Both the position numbers and the translations under genes were made by a program. A stretch of DNA of 32,000 nucleotides from Telmatocola sphagniphila (lineage in GTDB: Bacteria > Planctomycetota > Planctomycetia > Gemmatales > Gemmataceae): contig NZ_CP074694.1 of the NCBI RefSeq assembly GCF_018398935.1, positions 1,350,001 through 1,382,000 of the forward strand, given 5' to 3'. The notes under the pieces are model-generated. The model was not told where the DNA came from, made no database searches, and saw only the letters and a program-made list of their open reading frames with translations. This document shows, in pieces, positions 17,701-24,596 of this stretch. Every line of letters starts with the position of its first letter. Position 1 is the stretch's first letter.

Positions 17701-18625
17701 TCCATCTTTGGATATGTCGTACGACTACTTCCGGGAACGGGGCCGCGATGGACTGGCATCGATCGATCGGCAGCGGTTATCCACGGGTGTGAAACTGCCC
17801 TGGGGGGATGAGAACGAGTACATCGAGTTCGGCTACGATCGAGTTCTCTACCAACCGACCATTTATAACAACGACGATGGAAACATCCCGTGGATCCGAA
17901 TGCAGAAGAAGTTCGATGACAACAGACTCTTACTCTACGGTCAAATGAATCTGGAGCTTTTCCAGAACGGGTTCCAAACTCGCCCGACTTTTGATGTCGG
18001 CTTCCAGTACGCTCACGATGACTGCCTCAAGACTCGTGGCGGTCTGTACCTGGATAATGTCGCCGAGAACGGCGAATCGATCCGGCAGGATATCCATCGG
18101 TTCGGAGCCTATGTGGGGGCCGATGTGCTGATGACCCGCACCTGGGACTTCGGTGGTACCTATCGTTATGGGCATTATTCAGATAGCAACAACATGAATA
18201 TGTTGGAACTCTATAACGAAAACAGCCTGACCCTGCCGCCGAAGCAGCTGAAGATTGTTGAGAAGTACACCTTCTATGGTTACTCTTCTCAGACGATTTT
18301 CCCGACCGACCCGCCAAATCCGCTGGATTTGTTCGGCACGATCCATCCATACTTTGCACCGAAGACTTTCAATTACGGGGAAATTCGACTCGAATGGTGG
18401 CACTGGTTCAGCCGGGATTACTTCGTGCACAGCGACCAATGCTGGTATAGCCTGCAATACGGGCTAGGTGCGGACGACCGACTGGTCACCTACAACGACT
18501 TCAAGGGGTTGATTAACTACGACATTACGAGTTGGATGACCTTCGGAATCATGGGTCATGTGCAGCTATCAAGTGCCTACAAGATGTATGAGGCAATGGG
18601 GTATGTCTCCATTCGCATGCCCTAA
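14747..18625 (+). CDS. Very large TPR-repeat protein with Pro-rich N-terminal linker and beta-rich C-terminal (putative outer-membrane barrel) domain
   Basis: 1292 aa. Signal/anchor segment is LSAWVGLALTVASSTTLFAGYFLF. A Pro-rich low-complexity stretch spans ~14915-15349. There are about 780 aa of TPR-like helical repeats at 15350-17692 (e.g. AIGHFATAIELNKSDPDAK, YNQVLQVDPANGNALIGLAKVH, GTLAVDPTHRDTMVAIE). The last ~310 aa (17693-18625) have alternating aromatic/polar strands: FDVGFQYAH, FGAYVGADVLM, WDFGGTYRYGHY, WYSLQYGLGAD, TFGIMGHVQL. Confidence 0.85.
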   Translation: MNTKSESQFAAKFRAKDDRPRRLSAWVGLALTVASSTTLFAGYFLFSNAGALMAAPRTDDDDVIWKAKAPAAPTSQVVIPAVVPGTAKPEDPFKLSQQAQIPASTVPAAVGTLPNSRVKSVLQNYGQAGVQQTGFQPPLSPLPKNPPEDPKLKLDPPANTPQTKPADTGAPARPTEPAILQGEQIPTKPKPVNQGRPNRTPEDEALLTAARTAYEQSRYDIAAERFERYLSLHPKDVEIRREYAGVLNLAGEPRRAAAQYEILIADDPNSLEYRALVGDLYIIAKDYRKAIGHFATAIELNKSDPDAKRRLRSEFELSVRLARAFAFDGDYKHAEQVYDRFLATIRPEDPTAPPALGALLLDLERPNEALSYLMEQKKRNPENLEVLASLVRALARLGERQAAMEQLVAMAGVKPKEKAVRIVLGDSLFAAEEFEIAGHVYNQVLQVDPANGNALIGLAKVHLAMYLPANAKKILDSFVPGNNVQRAYLLTYAEYHQVVGEYTEAKLIYKDMLRRNELDHEVRLSLGLLFDYTKEWEKAKAEYAKIPPNFPIIGKKARLAFAASLFNQRKYQEAVDVTRTILTDFPDDPAVISQMIRHLAKAGQADQGVALARAFLASNPRSEVAAFSIRSTLAKTLLECNRYLDASREYEIILSRPIGRVPSSYYGLARASEKMGNVQRASELIGCIIGVLGGDTRQRLVLADLYSADYDDAHVVELCMGALQYDPNNLAVLIRLADGMQRQARYTGQPQAAFEYCIRILNLSPTNVRGHLAMSRCFAIAQNYRKSAAQYMQLIQIDPEFTIPPRERARVLYSDHQFSAARSQYQAMLSPAPDQYLIGELAGVVQRQPKVRTILEPYTMTSLTGPGLRKEMERVACTLPDDEAKLAVLRLINDYDAKVAEQKAFALEMEAKELKDYRNYQALPAYDAINRYEPTNTETLFDMGQVYGALTMTRRAQELYNGTLAVDPTHRDTMVAIERSGADLNPSLDMSYDYFRERGRDGLASIDRQRLSTGVKLPWGDENEYIEFGYDRVLYQPTIYNNDDGNIPWIRMQKKFDDNRLLLYGQMNLELFQNGFQTRPTFDVGFQYAHDDCLKTRGGLYLDNVAENGESIRQDIHRFGAYVGADVLMTRTWDFGGTYRYGHYSDSNNMNMLELYNENSLTLPPKQLKIVEKYTFYGYSSQTIFPTDPPNPLDLFGTIHPYFAPKTFNYGEIRLEWWHWFSRDYFVHSDQCWYSLQYGLGADDRLVTYNDFKGLINYDITSWMTFGIMGHVQLSSAYKMYEAMGYVSIRMP

Positions 18626-18650
18626 GTCAATTTGAACTTTGAAATCGCCG

Positions 18651-18681
18651 AGCACGCTGAGTCACCTCAGCGTGCTTTTTC
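18651..18681 (+). terminator. Intrinsic terminator after the TPR gene
   Basis: AGCACGCTGA (18651-18660), loop GTCACC, TCAGCGTGCT (18667-18676) form a perfect 10-bp stem followed by TTTTTC. Confidence 0.8.
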
Positions 18682-18686
18682 ATTTC

Positions 18687-18692
18687 TATAAT
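18687..18692 (+). promoter_or_regulatory. Candidate -10 box (TATAAT) placed for a leaderless coaC transcript
   Basis: A perfect TATAAT ends 7 nt before the A of ATG 18700, with no SD in between. There is no convincing -35 (the region overlaps the terminator T-tract), so this call is weak. Confidence 0.3.
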
Positions 18693-18699
18693 AGCTGAT

Positions 18700-19272
18700 A
18701 TGGCCAATATTCTTTTAGGTGTGACCGGTTCGGTCGCGGCGATTAAAGTTCCGGAACTGTTCGCGGAATTAACTGCTCTCGGACATCAGGTTCGAATTGT
18801 CACAACGCAGAAGGCCAAATACTTTTTTGATAACGCTCCCTTTATTGCCCAAAAATGTCTGATCGATGATGCCGCCGAGTGGCCGGGGCAAGAAGACGGT
18901 AGACAGTATCAGCGCGGCGATATGGTCCTGCATATCGAACTGCGGAAGTGGGCGGATTTGTTTCTCATAGCCCCCTTGGATGCCAACACCCTGGCGAAAG
19001 TAGCCAACGGAATTTGTGATAACTGCCTGACCAGTGTCTATCGCTGCTGGGATTTGACGCGGCCCGTGGTGATCGCGCCCGCGATGAACACGCTCATGTG
19101 GGAGCATCCGGTAACGGATCGAAATTTGAAGCAGCTTCAGCAGGATTGCAAAAAACTGCGAATCTGCTGGCCGCAGGAAAAACTGCTCGCCTGCGGAGAT
19201 ATGGGGACCGGTGCCATGGCCTCGATCCCGGAGATTTTATCGCAGTGTTATTTGGACCAGAAGAATTCCTAA
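18700..19272 (+). CDS. coaC: Phosphopantothenoylcysteine decarboxylase-type flavoprotein (monofunctional, eukaryote/HAL3-like)
   Basis: ILLGVTGSVAAIKVPEL, LHIELRKWADLFLIAPLDANTLAKVANGICDNCLT, APAMNTLMWEHPVT and LACGDMGTGAMA are the PPC-decarboxylase signature strings. The protein is 190 aa and has no CoaB domain. Confidence 0.82.
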   Translation: MANILLGVTGSVAAIKVPELFAELTALGHQVRIVTTQKAKYFFDNAPFIAQKCLIDDAAEWPGQEDGRQYQRGDMVLHIELRKWADLFLIAPLDANTLAKVANGICDNCLTSVYRCWDLTRPVVIAPAMNTLMWEHPVTDRNLKQLQQDCKKLRICWPQEKLLACGDMGTGAMASIPEILSQCYLDQKNS

Positions 19273-20264
19273 ACGATATCCACTTCCCGCCCTTCCCGAG
19301 CGGATTTAGCCAGCGCATCAAGAACCTTCAGCGATTTGATCGCCTCCGAAATGTGGGGCGTGGGATCCTGGTTCTGAATGAGGGCCGTGCCGAAATCGTC
19401 TAACATGCAGGCAATCTGGTCTTGGCCGCGAACCGAATGAGTTTCGGTTCTCTCTCCCGCATGAATATCAAATTTGGCTTCGTCGTCCGGAACCCAGAGA
19501 TCGCGAATGGTCATTGTTCCCTGCGTGCCAGTAATTTCCACCCACTGTCGCATCGGTAAGGTGAATCCACAGTCCATGGAAGCCAAGGATCCATCTGGGA
19601 AAAGCAGTTGTGCGGTCATTTCCACATCGCAATCGTACTTGTACTTGGCTCGTGCGAAGGCTTTGACCGGTTCCTGACCCATGGCCCAACGGATCCCATA
19701 AACGGTGTAACAGCCGACATCCAGTAAACTCCCGCCCCCCATGGAGTTATGGAGGCGAATGTTGGATTGATCGAGATTATCGAGTACGAAGGTGAAGGCG
19801 GCCGTAACTCGGGTAACTTTTCCAATCTTGCCGGAATCGAGCAATTTTCGCATCACAGCCGTCCGTGGATGATGCGGCCACATAAACCCATCCATGATGC
19901 GAACTTTTTTCTGGCTGCAATACTCGACCAGACTCTGCGCTTCCGGTGCTGTGGGGGTCAGCGGTTTTTCGCATAAGATATGCTTGCCGCGATCGGCCGC
20001 TTTACGGGAATATTCCGCATGAAGATGGTTAGGCAAAGGAATATAAACCGCATCAATATTCGGATCGTCCAGCAGAGCTTCGTAACTCCCATAGCAATGC
20101 GGGATACCCGAATCCTTGGCGGCTTTTTGTGCTTTGCCCAGGTCGCGACTGGCAATCGCATAGAGATCTGCCGTACGAGATTTGTGGAATGCCGGGAATA
20201 GCCTTTCGTTGATCTTGGCTGCACCCAGTACTCCCCATTTCAATTTCGCGGATGGATTGCTCAT
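19269..20264 (-). CDS. Gfo/Idh/MocA family NAD(P)-dependent oxidoreductase
   Basis: N-terminal Rossmann motif is LKWGVLGAAKINERL. Also present are IDAVYIPLPNHLHAEY and the family EKP motif (HILCEKPL). 331 aa. Confidence 0.9.
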   Translation of the reverse strand: MSNPSAKLKWGVLGAAKINERLFPAFHKSRTADLYAIASRDLGKAQKAAKDSGIPHCYGSYEALLDDPNIDAVYIPLPNHLHAEYSRKAADRGKHILCEKPLTPTAPEAQSLVEYCSQKKVRIMDGFMWPHHPRTAVMRKLLDSGKIGKVTRVTAAFTFVLDNLDQSNIRLHNSMGGGSLLDVGCYTVYGIRWAMGQEPVKAFARAKYKYDCDVEMTAQLLFPDGSLASMDCGFTLPMRQWVEITGTQGTMTIRDLWVPDDEAKFDIHAGERTETHSVRGQDQIACMLDDFGTALIQNQDPTPHISEAIKSLKVLDALAKSAREGREVDIV

Positions 20265-20298
20265 GGCACGAATTTTCCCGAATGGATAATGACTTTCT

Positions 20299-20745
20299 GT
20301 GAAGTATAGAGAAAGTGATCGTAGAGTGACGAAACCTCATGAGCACCAGATACGCTTGCATGGACCATGGACCATGCAAATTGGAACCGGAGGTTCCGAC
20401 CCGGTCTCCGTTCCAGTAACCCTTCCAGCGATGGTTCCACTGCCGCCGTTTTTTTTTGAGACTCGAGAGATTGGCTTCGAGAGATCCTTCGGGCTTCCAA
20501 CCAATTTGACTCCTACAACCGGGATTCAGTTGCAGATCAAAAATCTTGCCGCGGATTTTTTTGTGGAAATGAATGGGGTTAATCTGTCTAACATCAGTTT
20601 GAATCCCAAAGAGTTTCTCTCTAGTATCGTACAGTTGTTGGATCGTAGGAATGTCCTATCTCTTGGATCGAAGAACTGTACGTTACCGCTACAACCATTT
20701 GAGTCGGTGAAACTGCTGATAATTGAAAACGATTCCAGCGATTAG
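20299..20745 (+). CDS. Hypothetical small protein (possible beta-sandwich / sugar-binding-like fold); start uncertain
   Basis: 148-aa ORF with a GTG start in an otherwise gene-free 550-bp gap. The pattern IGFERSFGLPTNL...IQLQIKNLAADFFVEMNGVNL loosely resembles galactose-binding-like domains. It contains T9 and T7 homopolymers. I see no strong start signal. Confidence 0.4.
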   Translation: MKYRESDRRVTKPHEHQIRLHGPWTMQIGTGGSDPVSVPVTLPAMVPLPPFFFETREIGFERSFGLPTNLTPTTGIQLQIKNLAADFFVEMNGVNLSNISLNPKEFLSSIVQLLDRRNVLSLGSKNCTLPLQPFESVKLLIIENDSSD

Positions 20746-20815
20746 AGAACTATGAGACTTTGTTAAGATGGGGTGTCAGTATCGGAGCTTGGCCGTTACT
20801 ATCTAAGTAAGAATT

Positions 20816-22144
20816 ATGGAGCTGACTATGCGCAATAAGCTACGACTTCTGGCCCTGTCTTTAAGCATGCTGGGAATTGCCAGTTTGGTGGAGGCTCAGG
20901 ATTTTGGCGGCTTCGGTGGCGGTAAAGGTGGTGGCCAAGGCGGCGGTGGCTTCGGCGGAGGCAACTTTGGGGGCGGTGGCGGAAAAGGCGGCGGTTTTGG
21001 CGGTGGCAAAGGCGGCGGCCGAGGTATGGGTGGTGGCGGCTTTGGTGGTGGAGGAATGGGTGGCCCCGGCGGCGGCGGTTTTGGCGGCGGCGGTTTTGGC
21101 GGCGGCGGAATGGCAATGGGTGGCGGTGGCCGAGGTATGGGTGGTGGTGGCTTTGGTGGTGGAGGAATGGGTGGCCCCGGCGGCGGCGGAATGGCAATGG
21201 GAGGTACGGGCGGTGGTGGCGGCGGCGGTTTTGGCGGTGGCCGCGGCATGGGGGGACCAGACCCTGCAGCTATCTTCGATCGTCTGTCCAATGGTAAATC
21301 GACGATTACTAAGGAAGATGTACCCCCTATGTTTCAGGGGATGTGGGAGCAATTCGCCAACGGGAAGACTTCGCTTTCCAAAGATGACTTTATGGAATCT
21401 TTCAAAGCGGCCCGGGAAGCTCGCTTAAATCAGCAGGCGGAAGCTCTGAATCCCGAACTGTTCAATCAAAGTAATCCTAATCAGGAAGAAGCACGCCCGG
21501 TCGTATTACGAGCAGGTAAGCTGCCAAAAGAAATTCCGGCCTGGTTCGTGCAAATGGACGCCAGTGGCGATAACGATGGACAGGTTGGTCTTTATGAATG
21601 GCGTCAAGCCGGCCGTAGCCTAGAAGAATTTAAGACTTGGGATTTGAATGATGATGGTTTCATTACTCCCGAGGAAGTTCTGAAAGTTATGAAGACTAAC
21701 CAGGTCGCGGGTGGACCCAGCGGCAGTAACGGTAGCTTCGGCAATGGCTTTCAAGGTCCCGGCATGGGAATGATGATCAACGGCGGGAATTTTGGCCAAT
21801 CGGGTGGTGATACAAACCCCTGGGCCAACCAAGGACTGAATAATGGCAACATATCCGTCAATGGACAGAATTTCAGGATTATGATGAACCCCGGTGGCAA
21901 CATGTCCCAGATGAACGGTCGTCGTGGCGGACCCGGTGGCTCGGGCGAAGAAGGTGGCGCACCTCGTATGCGAGGTGCACCTGGTTCAGGGGGTGGTGAC
22001 GGATCGAATCGCCGGGGCGGTGGAAACAACGGCGGCGCCGGACGTGGTAATCGGGGTGCAGGTGGGGGAAGTAACCAAGGTGGCTATAGTAATCAGAACC
22101 CATCCAATAATAATTACCAGCCCGAACCCGAGGGCGATCAGTAA
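20816..22144 (+). CDS. Secreted glycine-rich low-complexity protein with EF-hand calcium-binding motifs
   Basis: Signal peptide MRNKLRLLALSLSMLGIASLVEA. An alternative start at ATG 20828 sits 6 nt after GGAG. About 120 aa are nearly pure Gly with F/M/K/R (20900-21257). There is a canonical EF loop DLNDDGFITPEE (21641-21676), a near-canonical loop DASGDNDGQVGLYE (21557-21598) and two degenerate upstream EF-like segments. The C-terminus is an RGG/N-rich tail. Confidence 0.8.
   Translation: MELTMRNKLRLLALSLSMLGIASLVEAQDFGGFGGGKGGGQGGGGFGGGNFGGGGGKGGGFGGGKGGGRGMGGGGFGGGGMGGPGGGGFGGGGFGGGGMAMGGGGRGMGGGGFGGGGMGGPGGGGMAMGGTGGGGGGGFGGGRGMGGPDPAAIFDRLSNGKSTITKEDVPPMFQGMWEQFANGKTSLSKDDFMESFKAAREARLNQQAEALNPELFNQSNPNQEEARPVVLRAGKLPKEIPAWFVQMDASGDNDGQVGLYEWRQAGRSLEEFKTWDLNDDGFITPEEVLKVMKTNQVAGGPSGSNGSFGNGFQGPGMGMMINGGNFGQSGGDTNPWANQGLNNGNISVNGQNFRIMMNPGGNMSQMNGRRGGPGGSGEEGGAPRMRGAPGSGGGDGSNRRGGGNNGGAGRGNRGAGGGSNQGGYSNQNPSNNNYQPEPEGDQ
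21017..21201 (+). repeat. Nested direct/tandem repeats inside the glycine-rich coding region
   Basis: A 62-nt unit at 21017-21078 recurs at 21128-21189 with 1 mismatch. AATGGCAATGGG follows both copies (21109-21120, 21190-21201). Copy 1 carries an extra 2 x 15-nt tandem TTTTGGCGGCGGCGG (21079-21108). The period is 111 nt (37 codons). Confidence 0.85.
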
Positions 22145-22147
22145 ATG

Positions 22148-22175
22148 AAAAAGGGGAGCTTGGCTCCCCTTTTTT
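22148..22175. terminator. Bidirectional intrinsic terminator between convergent genes
   Basis: AAAAA-GGGGAGC (22153-22159), loop TTG, GCTCCCC (22163-22169), TTTTTT. The A-run and T-run flank symmetrically. It lies 4 nt after the + stop and 6 nt after the - stop. Confidence 0.75.
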
Positions 22176-22180
22176 CGTTT

Positions 22181-22897
22181 CTACTTCTCTTTCTTCTTTT
22201 TCTTTTCGTATTCCTCGACGATTCCCTTCGGATCCTCATTGAAAGCGTCGCGACAGCCTGAGCAGCAGACATAGTAAGTTTTACCTCCATAACTCACAGC
22301 GATGGTTCCCAATCCCCCGGTGACGCAGCACTCGTTCTTCTTTGAAGAAGCCAGCGACATCCCTTCTTTGGCGTGTTGAACCGTGAAGAGCTTCTTATCC
22401 AAGCCTTTTCCTTTAGTTTGCACCGAGTAGGTGTAAATGAGACGGGCTCCATCGTTATTGGTGCTGATGGTGAGCGTTTGCTTATCCTTCGAGGTCGGAT
22501 CTTCCCGTTTCAACTCCAATTGCTTTCTTTTGAATTCTCCCTCGAAGACCAGTTCATTCATTTTCGGATCGTTAACTTTCAGCTGATAGACTTTCTTCTC
22601 AGGCAGAAATCGCAATTCGCCTCTGGTGAAATACTTGCTGTTATCGAACTCGACCGACAGGGCCACATCCCCTCCCTTGAGCTTCCAACCCCAGTTCATC
22701 GTCTCTTTCCAAGTTTCGGTCTTTCCGTCTTTCGTTTCGCCGTTGCCCTTCCAGGGGCCTACGAATTCCTGAAGCGCCGATAGTGCTGCCTTCGAAGCAG
22801 TTGTCTGCTTGTCTTTTTTATCCTGAGCGGGCAGGTAGCTCGAAACCTGCGTCAGGAAGCCCAGAAATAGTGTAAAAGTAACCAATTTTTTCATCAT
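22181..22897 (-). CDS. Secreted protein with C-terminal Cys-cluster YHS/TRASH-like putative metal-binding domain
   Basis: Signal peptide MMKKLVTFTLFLGFLTQVSSYLPAQD. The C-terminus is NECCVTGGLGTIAVSYGGKTYYVCCSGCRDAFNEDP (nt ~22214-22333), followed by a KKKKKEK tail. Confidence 0.75.
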   Translation of the reverse strand: MMKKLVTFTLFLGFLTQVSSYLPAQDKKDKQTTASKAALSALQEFVGPWKGNGETKDGKTETWKETMNWGWKLKGGDVALSVEFDNSKYFTRGELRFLPEKKVYQLKVNDPKMNELVFEGEFKRKQLELKREDPTSKDKQTLTISTNNDGARLIYTYSVQTKGKGLDKKLFTVQHAKEGMSLASSKKNECCVTGGLGTIAVSYGGKTYYVCCSGCRDAFNEDPKGIVEEYEKKKKKEK

Positions 22898-23120
22898 GAC
22901 CCCCTCTGTTTCGATCCGGTTAACGTCGATTCAGGTTCGAAAGTACTAATCGCTCTTCCAATTGGATGGAGCGCGATAGGAACTCGTTCCCGAATTCGAC
23001 TTGCATTTATCCTATATCTGAGAAGTTTTGTCGAGAGATGGGAAACTGCGGGAATTTGGAATGCTCCTATCGGGCTGCCTAGAATGGGATAATGGTTAAT
23101 ATTTTCGAGGTATCCCATCT

Positions 23121-24542
23121 GTGAGTAACATCCCCGTTCGACCGGCTACACTTAAAGAATTGCAAAATACAGGCTGGAAGTCCCGCTCCGTCAAGGAAGA
23201 GATTCGACAGAATTTCCTGAAACTTCTGCAGGCTGGCAGCGATTTATTTCCCGGTATCATCGGCTACGAGAATACAGTTCTGCCCGAGATCAATATCGCC
23301 CTATTGGCAGGTCACGACATTCTCTTTTTGGGGGAAAAGGGGCAGGCCAAAAGTCGCTTGATGCGCTCGCTGATTCAGTTTCTCGATGAAGAATTGCCCT
23401 ACCTCGACATTCCGGGCAGTCCGGTTCATGAAGACCCTTACCAGCCCATTACGAAGGCCGGTAAGGAATTGGTTGCGAGCAAACCCCCGGAGGAAATTCC
23501 CATTCGGTGGTGGCCGCGATCGGAACGCTATGCGGAACGACTGGCACCCGGCACCAAGTTCGCGGATATTATCGGTGAAATCGACCCGGCTAAACTGGCC
23601 ATGGGTACAAGCATGTCCACGGAGGATGCCCTGCACTTCGGGTTGATCCCACGCATGCATCGCGGGATTTTTGCGATGAATGAAATTCCCGAATTGGATG
23701 AACTTATCCAGGTGGGCTTGTTCAACATTCTGGAAGAACGCGATGTTCAGATTCGCGGCTATCCGATCCAGTTCGATCTCGATCTGATGATTCTCTTCTC
23801 CGCCAATCCGGCCACCTACAATCGCAGCGGAAAAGTTATCCCGCAATTGAAGGACCGCATCGGCTCGCTGATTCAAACTCACTATCCGATCGAGCGATCT
23901 CTGGGGATCGAGATTACCGAACAGGAAGCCGAATTGGATCTGGGCGGCGATTTTCCGGTCCTGGTGCCCTATTTCATGAAGGAAATTATCGAGCAGATTA
24001 GTATCTGCGCGAGAAAGTCCAAGTTTGTGGACCATCAATCTGGTGTGAGTGCACGATTGAGCATCGCCAACTACCGCACGATGGTTTCCAGCGCGCGGCA
24101 TCGGGGAGTTCGTCTGGAAGAAAAGCCGGCCGTACCCCGCATCAGCGATCTGGGACACCTGGGAACCTCGTCCCTGGGGAAGCTGGAGTTGGATATGATG
24201 GGGAGCAATCAGATGTCTGAAAAACAGGTCTTGGAGGCCATCATCATCGAGGCGATTGGCACGGTTTTCGATGAATATGTCGATAAGCATGGCCTCGACG
24301 AAATAGCGGATGTTTTCAGCAAGGGCGTTAAAATTGAAGTTGGGGACACCCTACCCTCTTCGCATTATGCCGAGCGATTAAAGCGGGTTCCAAAAGCCTG
24401 GGATAAAGCCTTTGAAGTCAATGCCGGCGAAAATGAGGGTATCCGGGCCAGTTGCCTGGAATTTGTACTGGCGGGCTTGCACGCGACAGATCGAATCTCG
24501 CGTTCAACGAAACATGGGCGGATCGTTTACGAAGTTCGATAA
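23121..24542 (+). CDS. AAA+ ATPase of the BchI/ChlI (Mg-chelatase-like / sigma54-interaction-type) group
   Basis: 473 aa with a GTG start. Walker A is GEKGQAKS (23331-23354). The Walker B-like element is [11 protein letters not shown] (NE in place of DE). Further strings are [19 protein letters not shown] and SGVSARLSI. Confidence 0.85.
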   Translation: MSNIPVRPATLKELQNTGWKSRSVKEEIRQNFLKLLQAGSDLFPGIIGYENTVLPEINIALLAGHDILFLGEKGQAKSRLMRSLIQFLDEELPYLDIPGSPVHEDPYQPITKAGKELVASKPPEEIPIRWWPRSERYAERLAPGTKFADIIGEIDPAKLAMGTSMSTEDALHFGLIPRMHRGIFAMNEIPELDELIQVGLFNILEERDVQIRGYPIQFDLDLMILFSANPATYNRSGKVIPQLKDRIGSLIQTHYPIERSLGIEITEQEAELDLGGDFPVLVPYFMKEIIEQISICARKSKFVDHQSGVSARLSIANYRTMVSSARHRGVRLEEKPAVPRISDLGHLGTSSLGKLELDMMGSNQMSEKQVLEAIIIEAIGTVFDEYVDKHGLDEIADVFSKGVKIEVGDTLPSSHYAERLKRVPKAWDKAFEVNAGENEGIRASCLEFVLAGLHATDRISRSTKHGRIVYEVR

Positions 24543-24596
24543 TCCTCCGGCTTAAGCCTTTTGAAAAATCTCGTCGAGAAACTGTAAGGAACAAAT

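Noticed and set aside
20826-21428. Four long extra ORFs across the glycine-rich region, including a Pro-rich 131-aa ORF and Ala/Thr/His-rich ORFs on both strands. All six frames are essentially open.
   Set aside because: This is a mirror or frame-shift artefact of (GGN)n coding sequence, which cannot generate stop codons in any frame. Only the + frame has a signal peptide, EF-hands and a terminator.
23301-24290. 329-aa ORF antisense to the AAA+ ATPase gene.
   Set aside because: It lies fully inside a gene with clear Walker motifs on the opposite strand. It has an Arg/Leu/Gln-rich shadow-ORF composition and no recognisable motifs.
24549-24558. Perfect 10-bp palindrome GGCTTAAGCC between the AAA+ and vWA genes, considered as a possible attenuator.
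   Set aside because: It can only form a 3-bp stem with a 4-nt loop and is followed by a short T-run. That is too weak to call a terminator or attenuator.
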